Shown: positions 23,994 through 27,166 of the stretch, one piece after another
Numbering within the stretch: the stretch's first letter is position 1
Layout: each line of letters starts with the position of its first letter
Assembly: GCA_031459625.1 (NCBI GenBank)
Contig: JAVKIH010000033.1
Location: 1 to 27,166 of the forward strand
From: Candidatus Geohabitans tengchongensis
Lineage (GTDB): Bacteria > Sysuimicrobiota > Sysuimicrobiia > Sysuimicrobiales > Humicultoraceae
Direction of reading: 5' to 3'
Length of the DNA: 27,166 bases
The notes under the pieces: generated by a model
Told to the model about the DNA's origin: nothing
Database searches by the model: none
What the model saw: only the letters and a program-made list of their open reading frames with translations
Program-made: the position numbers and the translations under genes

Positions 23994-25463
23994 CTAGAAG
24001 TCGGTGACCAGCCCTTCTGCCCGGAAGCCCTCCAGCCGGGCCTTGATGTGGTTCAGGAACTGCATGGCCACCGCCCCATCGAAGACACGGTGGTCGAAGG
24101 ACAACCCCAGGTGCATGATGTCCCGGATGGCGATGGCCTCCTGCCGCACCACGGGGCGCTTGACGATCGCGTCCGTGGCCAGGATGGCGGCCTGGCCGGG
24201 CACGATCACCGGCATCGACCAGATCGACCCGAAGACGCCCGGATTGGTGATGGTGAAGGTGGCCCCCTGGACGTCCTCGAGCGTCAACGTCCCCTCGCGC
24301 GCCCGCCGCCCGACGGCCTCGATCTCGCGGGCGAGGCCGGCCAGGCTCTTCTGGTCGGCGTCGTGGATCACGGCCACGACCAGGCCGTCCTCCACGGCGA
24401 TGCCGAGCCCGATGTGGACGTGGCCGCGCTGGAGGATCCCCTCGTCGGTCCACACGCTGTTCACGACGGGGAACGCGCGCAGGGCGTCGGCGGCGGCCCG
24501 GACGAAAAAGGCGGTGTAGGTGAGGTTCGTACCGTGGCGCTCGCGCCAGGCGGCCTTGTGCGCCTCGCGCCAGCGCACCAGTTCGGTGACGTCCACCTCG
24601 ATGACGCCGTAGGCGTGGGGGATCTCCCGCTTGGACTGGGCCATGCGCTGGGCGATGGTCCGGCGCAGCGGCGAGAGCCGGATCAGGCGGTCCTGGGGAC
24701 CGGCGACCGGTGGCCGGACCGGCGCGGGGACGCCCGGCGGCGGCGCGCCAGGGACCGCTGCGGGCGCAGCCGGCGCAGGGGTGGGCGGGATCGGAGCGGG
24801 CGCAGCCCCGGCGGGGGCGGCGGCAGCGGGCGCCGCCGCGGCTGGGGCGGTAGCGGGCGCGGCACGGCGGGCTTCGATGTAGCGGAGCAGATCCTCCTTG
24901 GTCACCCGGCCGCCCGCGCCGCTGCCCTGGAGCCGCGTCACCTCGGTCAGCGGGACGCCGTGTTCCTCGGCCAGGCGGCGCACCAGGGGGGAGAGCCGGG
25001 GACGCTCGCCGACGGCCTCGCGTGCCTCCGCCGCGGCAGGTGCGCCAGGTGGAGCCGCAGGAGCGCTTGGGGCGGCCGGGGCGGGTCCGCCGGGGGCTGC
25101 GGGGGCCGGAGCCACGCCAGGGGTGGCAGCCGTCGGGGTTGCAGCGGGTGCCGGGCCGGGGGCCGGGCCGGGTGCCGGGCCGGCCGCCTGAGCGGCCGCG
25201 GCAGCGGCGGCGGCTTCCTGGCCGGCCGGAACGTCCATCAGGGCGATGGGGGTCCCCACGGGGAGCGTCTGCCCCTCCTGCGCCAGGATCTCCCGCAGCA
25301 CCCCCTCGATGGGCGAGGGCATCTCCACGTTGACCTTGTCGGTGATGATCTCCACCAGCGGCTCGAAGCGCTCCACCCGGTCACCGGGGCGCTTCAGCCA
25401 CCGGCCGATCGTCCCCTCGTAGGTGGACTCCCCCAGCTGGGGCATCCTCACCTCAACCGGCAT
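23994..25463 (-). CDS. Dihydrolipoamide acyltransferase (E2) of a 2-oxoacid dehydrogenase complex
   Basis: MPQLGES...TDKV lipoyl domain, SPLVRRLA...GGRVTKED E3-binding domain, TFTITNPG, SFDHRVFDG. Confidence 0.95.
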   Translation of the reverse strand: MPVEVRMPQLGESTYEGTIGRWLKRPGDRVERFEPLVEIITDKVNVEMPSPIEGVLREILAQEGQTLPVGTPIALMDVPAGQEAAAAAAAAQAAGPAPGPAPGPAPAATPTAATPGVAPAPAAPGGPAPAAPSAPAAPPGAPAAAEAREAVGERPRLSPLVRRLAEEHGVPLTEVTRLQGSGAGGRVTKEDLLRYIEARRAAPATAPAAAAPAAAAPAGAAPAPIPPTPAPAAPAAVPGAPPPGVPAPVRPPVAGPQDRLIRLSPLRRTIAQRMAQSKREIPHAYGVIEVDVTELVRWREAHKAAWRERHGTNLTYTAFFVRAAADALRAFPVVNSVWTDEGILQRGHVHIGLGIAVEDGLVVAVIHDADQKSLAGLAREIEAVGRRAREGTLTLEDVQGATFTITNPGVFGSIWSMPVIVPGQAAILATDAIVKRPVVRQEAIAIRDIMHLGLSFDHRVFDGAVAMQFLNHIKARLEGFRAEGLVTDF

Positions 25464-25498
25464 GCGGCCCTCCTCTGTCTGCGGCCAGGCGGCGCATC

Positions 25499-26482
25499 CT
25501 AGTACGCGGCCAGGCGGCGCATGGCGGCGGCGATCTTGGCCCGGTCGATGGTGAACCACTCCTCCAGCGGCTTGGAGAAGGGGATGCCGGGCACGTCGGG
25601 ACCGCCCAGCCGCATCACCGGGGCGTCCAGCGACTCGAACGCCTCCTCGGCGATGAGGGCGGCGATCTCCGCGCCGATGCCCATGAAGCGGTTGTCCTCG
25701 TAGACGATCAGGGCGCGGCTGGTCTTGGCCACGGAGGCGAGGATTGTCTCCCGATCGAGCGGGCGCAGACACCGCAGGTCGACCACCTCGGCCTCGATCC
25801 CCTCGGCGGCCACCTCCTCGGCGGCGGCCAGCGCCTCGTGCAGCATCCAGCCGAAGGCGAAGACGGACAGGTCGCGACCCTGCCGCCGGACCGCCGCGGG
25901 GCCGAGGGGCACGACGTAGTCCCCCTCCGGCACCTCGCCGCGGACGATCCGGTACATCCGCTTGTGTTCCAGGAAGAGGACCGGGTCGGGGTCGCGCACG
26001 GCCGCCTTCAGCATCCCCTTGGCGTCGGCCGGGGTGTAGGGAGCCACCACCTTCAGCCCCGGCACGTGCGCGTAGAAGGCCTCCACCGACTGGGAGTGGT
26101 AGAGCGCGGTGCCGTGGGAGCCGCCGTAGGGCGCGCGGAAGACCACCGGGCAGCCGTAGCCGTTGTTGGAGCGGTAGCGCATGCGCGCCGCCTCGCTGAC
26201 GATCTGGTTGAACGCCGGGTGGATGAAGTCGGCGAACTGGAACTCGGCGATGGGGAGCAACCCGTTGGCGGCCATGCCGATGGCCACCCCGGCGATGGAG
26301 GACTCCGCCAGCGGCGAGTCGATCACGCGGTCCTCGCCGAACCGCTCGTACAGCCCCATGGTGACGCCGAAGACGCCGCCCTTGCGCCCGACGTCCTCGC
26401 CCAGGACGACGACCCGCTCGTCCCGGGCCATCTCCTCGTGGTGGGCCTGGTTCAGGGCATCGACGTAACGCAGCTCGGGCAC
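25499..26482 (-). CDS. 2-oxoacid dehydrogenase E1 beta subunit (probably branched-chain type)
   Basis: GEDVGRKGGVF, DSPLAE, EFQFADF, YHSQS, FLEHK, VDLR. Confidence 0.95.
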   Translation of the reverse strand: MPELRYVDALNQAHHEEMARDERVVVLGEDVGRKGGVFGVTMGLYERFGEDRVIDSPLAESSIAGVAIGMAANGLLPIAEFQFADFIHPAFNQIVSEAARMRYRSNNGYGCPVVFRAPYGGSHGTALYHSQSVEAFYAHVPGLKVVAPYTPADAKGMLKAAVRDPDPVLFLEHKRMYRIVRGEVPEGDYVVPLGPAAVRRQGRDLSVFAFGWMLHEALAAAEEVAAEGIEAEVVDLRCLRPLDRETILASVAKTSRALIVYEDNRFMGIGAEIAALIAEEAFESLDAPVMRLGGPDVPGIPFSKPLEEWFTIDRAKIAAAMRRLAAY

Positions 26483-26494
26483 GGTCGCTCCCCC

Positions 26495-27166
26495 CTAGGC
26501 CTGGCCCGACGGCGGCCGGCCGGATGGTTCTCCGCCCGCGGGGGACGACCCCGCGGCGGTCGCGCCGGGGCGGGGGCCCGGACGGGCCGCGGCTGGCGCC
26601 TGCGCCAGCCAGGAGAAGTCCGGGGAGTCGCGCCACGCCCCCGGCGGCGGGGTGGCCGGGTTCCAGTAGACGGGGTCCTCCTGCGGCGGCGCGTACACGT
26701 AGTGTCGGGCGCTCTCCGGGTCGGGGAGCGGGGCGCGCTCGGCCGCGTCGGTGGCCTCGTCGATCTCCCGCTTGATGCGCGCCATCATCTCCTGGTCGGT
26801 GCGCTCGTCCAGCACCCCGGCCTCCTCCAGGTAGGCGCGGAAGGTGCGCAGCGGGTCGGCCAGCCGGGCCGCCTCGATCTCCTCCCGCGGCCGGTAGCGC
26901 TCCTGCTGGTCGTCGCTGCTGTGCGAGCCCAGCCGCTGCACCCGGTACTCGATGAGGGTCGGCCCCTCTCCCCGCTTGGCCCGCTCATAGGCCTCCCGGG
27001 CCACCCGGTAGCACTCCAGCACGTCGCTGCCGTCGGCCACCACCCCGGGCATGCCGTACCCGGCCGCACGCGCGGCGATGTCTCCGCCGGCCACCTGCTT
27101 GCGCAGCGGCACCGAGATGGCGTAGCCGTTGTTCTCCACCACGAAGAGGATGGGGAGCTTGTAGAT
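26495..27166 (-). CDS. 2-oxoacid dehydrogenase E1 alpha subunit, C-terminal part (5' end outside the window)
   Basis: KLPILFVVENNGYAIS, GPTLIE, HSSDDQQERYR. Confidence 0.93.
   Translation of the reverse strand: MYKLPILFVVENNGYAISVPLRKQVAGGDIAARAAGYGMPGVVADGSDVLECYRVAREAYERAKRGEGPTLIEYRVQRLGSHSSDDQQERYRPREEIEAARLADPLRTFRAYLEEAGVLDERTDQEMMARIKREIDEATDAAERAPLPDPESARHYVYAPPQEDPVYWNPATPPPGAWRDSPDFSWLAQAPAAARPGPRPGATAAGSSPAGGEPSGRPPSGQA

Noticed and set aside
24700..25220. Ala/Pro-rich repeats in E2
   Set aside because: These are the normal flexible linkers of E2 subunits.
23994..26636. 880-aa E2 ORF
   Set aside because: The extension overlaps E1 beta in another frame. The real start is ATG 25463, after GAGGAGGG.

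Overview
Very GC-rich bacterial chromosomal segment. A LptA/OstA-like gene suggests a diderm, and the protein styles suggest a Terrabacteria lineage such as Armatimonadota (inference only). Most of the window is a tightly packed minus-strand run of metabolic and Fe-S/sulfur genes. In transcription order these are: 2-oxoacid dehydrogenase E1a/E1b/E2 and lipA; moeB-rhodanese, two Zn-dehydrogenases and a cupin; iscA-like and nifU-like; rtcB, acyl-CoA dehydrogenase, yitJ-like, SRPBCC, DUF2207, DUF971, mrp, aldehyde dehydrogenase, LptA-like, aroE-like and a quinone oxidoreductase. On the plus strand are an AbiE-like type IV TA remnant at the left edge, a YumC-type ferredoxin-NADP reductase and a DUF222-like/HNH endonuclease gene. 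The two best candidates for something new are: (1) the HNH locus, which is bounded by a 29-nt imperfect direct repeat (16-nt perfect core), has a structured upstream region whose hairpin loop carries most of that core, has three 19-nt-period repeats downstream, and lacks a canonical start codon; (2) the dehydrogenase-dehydrogenase-cupin triplet, which could be a Rubisco-like-protein-independent MTA-isoprenoid (methionine salvage) shunt. All family assignments are from motif recognition by eye; no searches were run.
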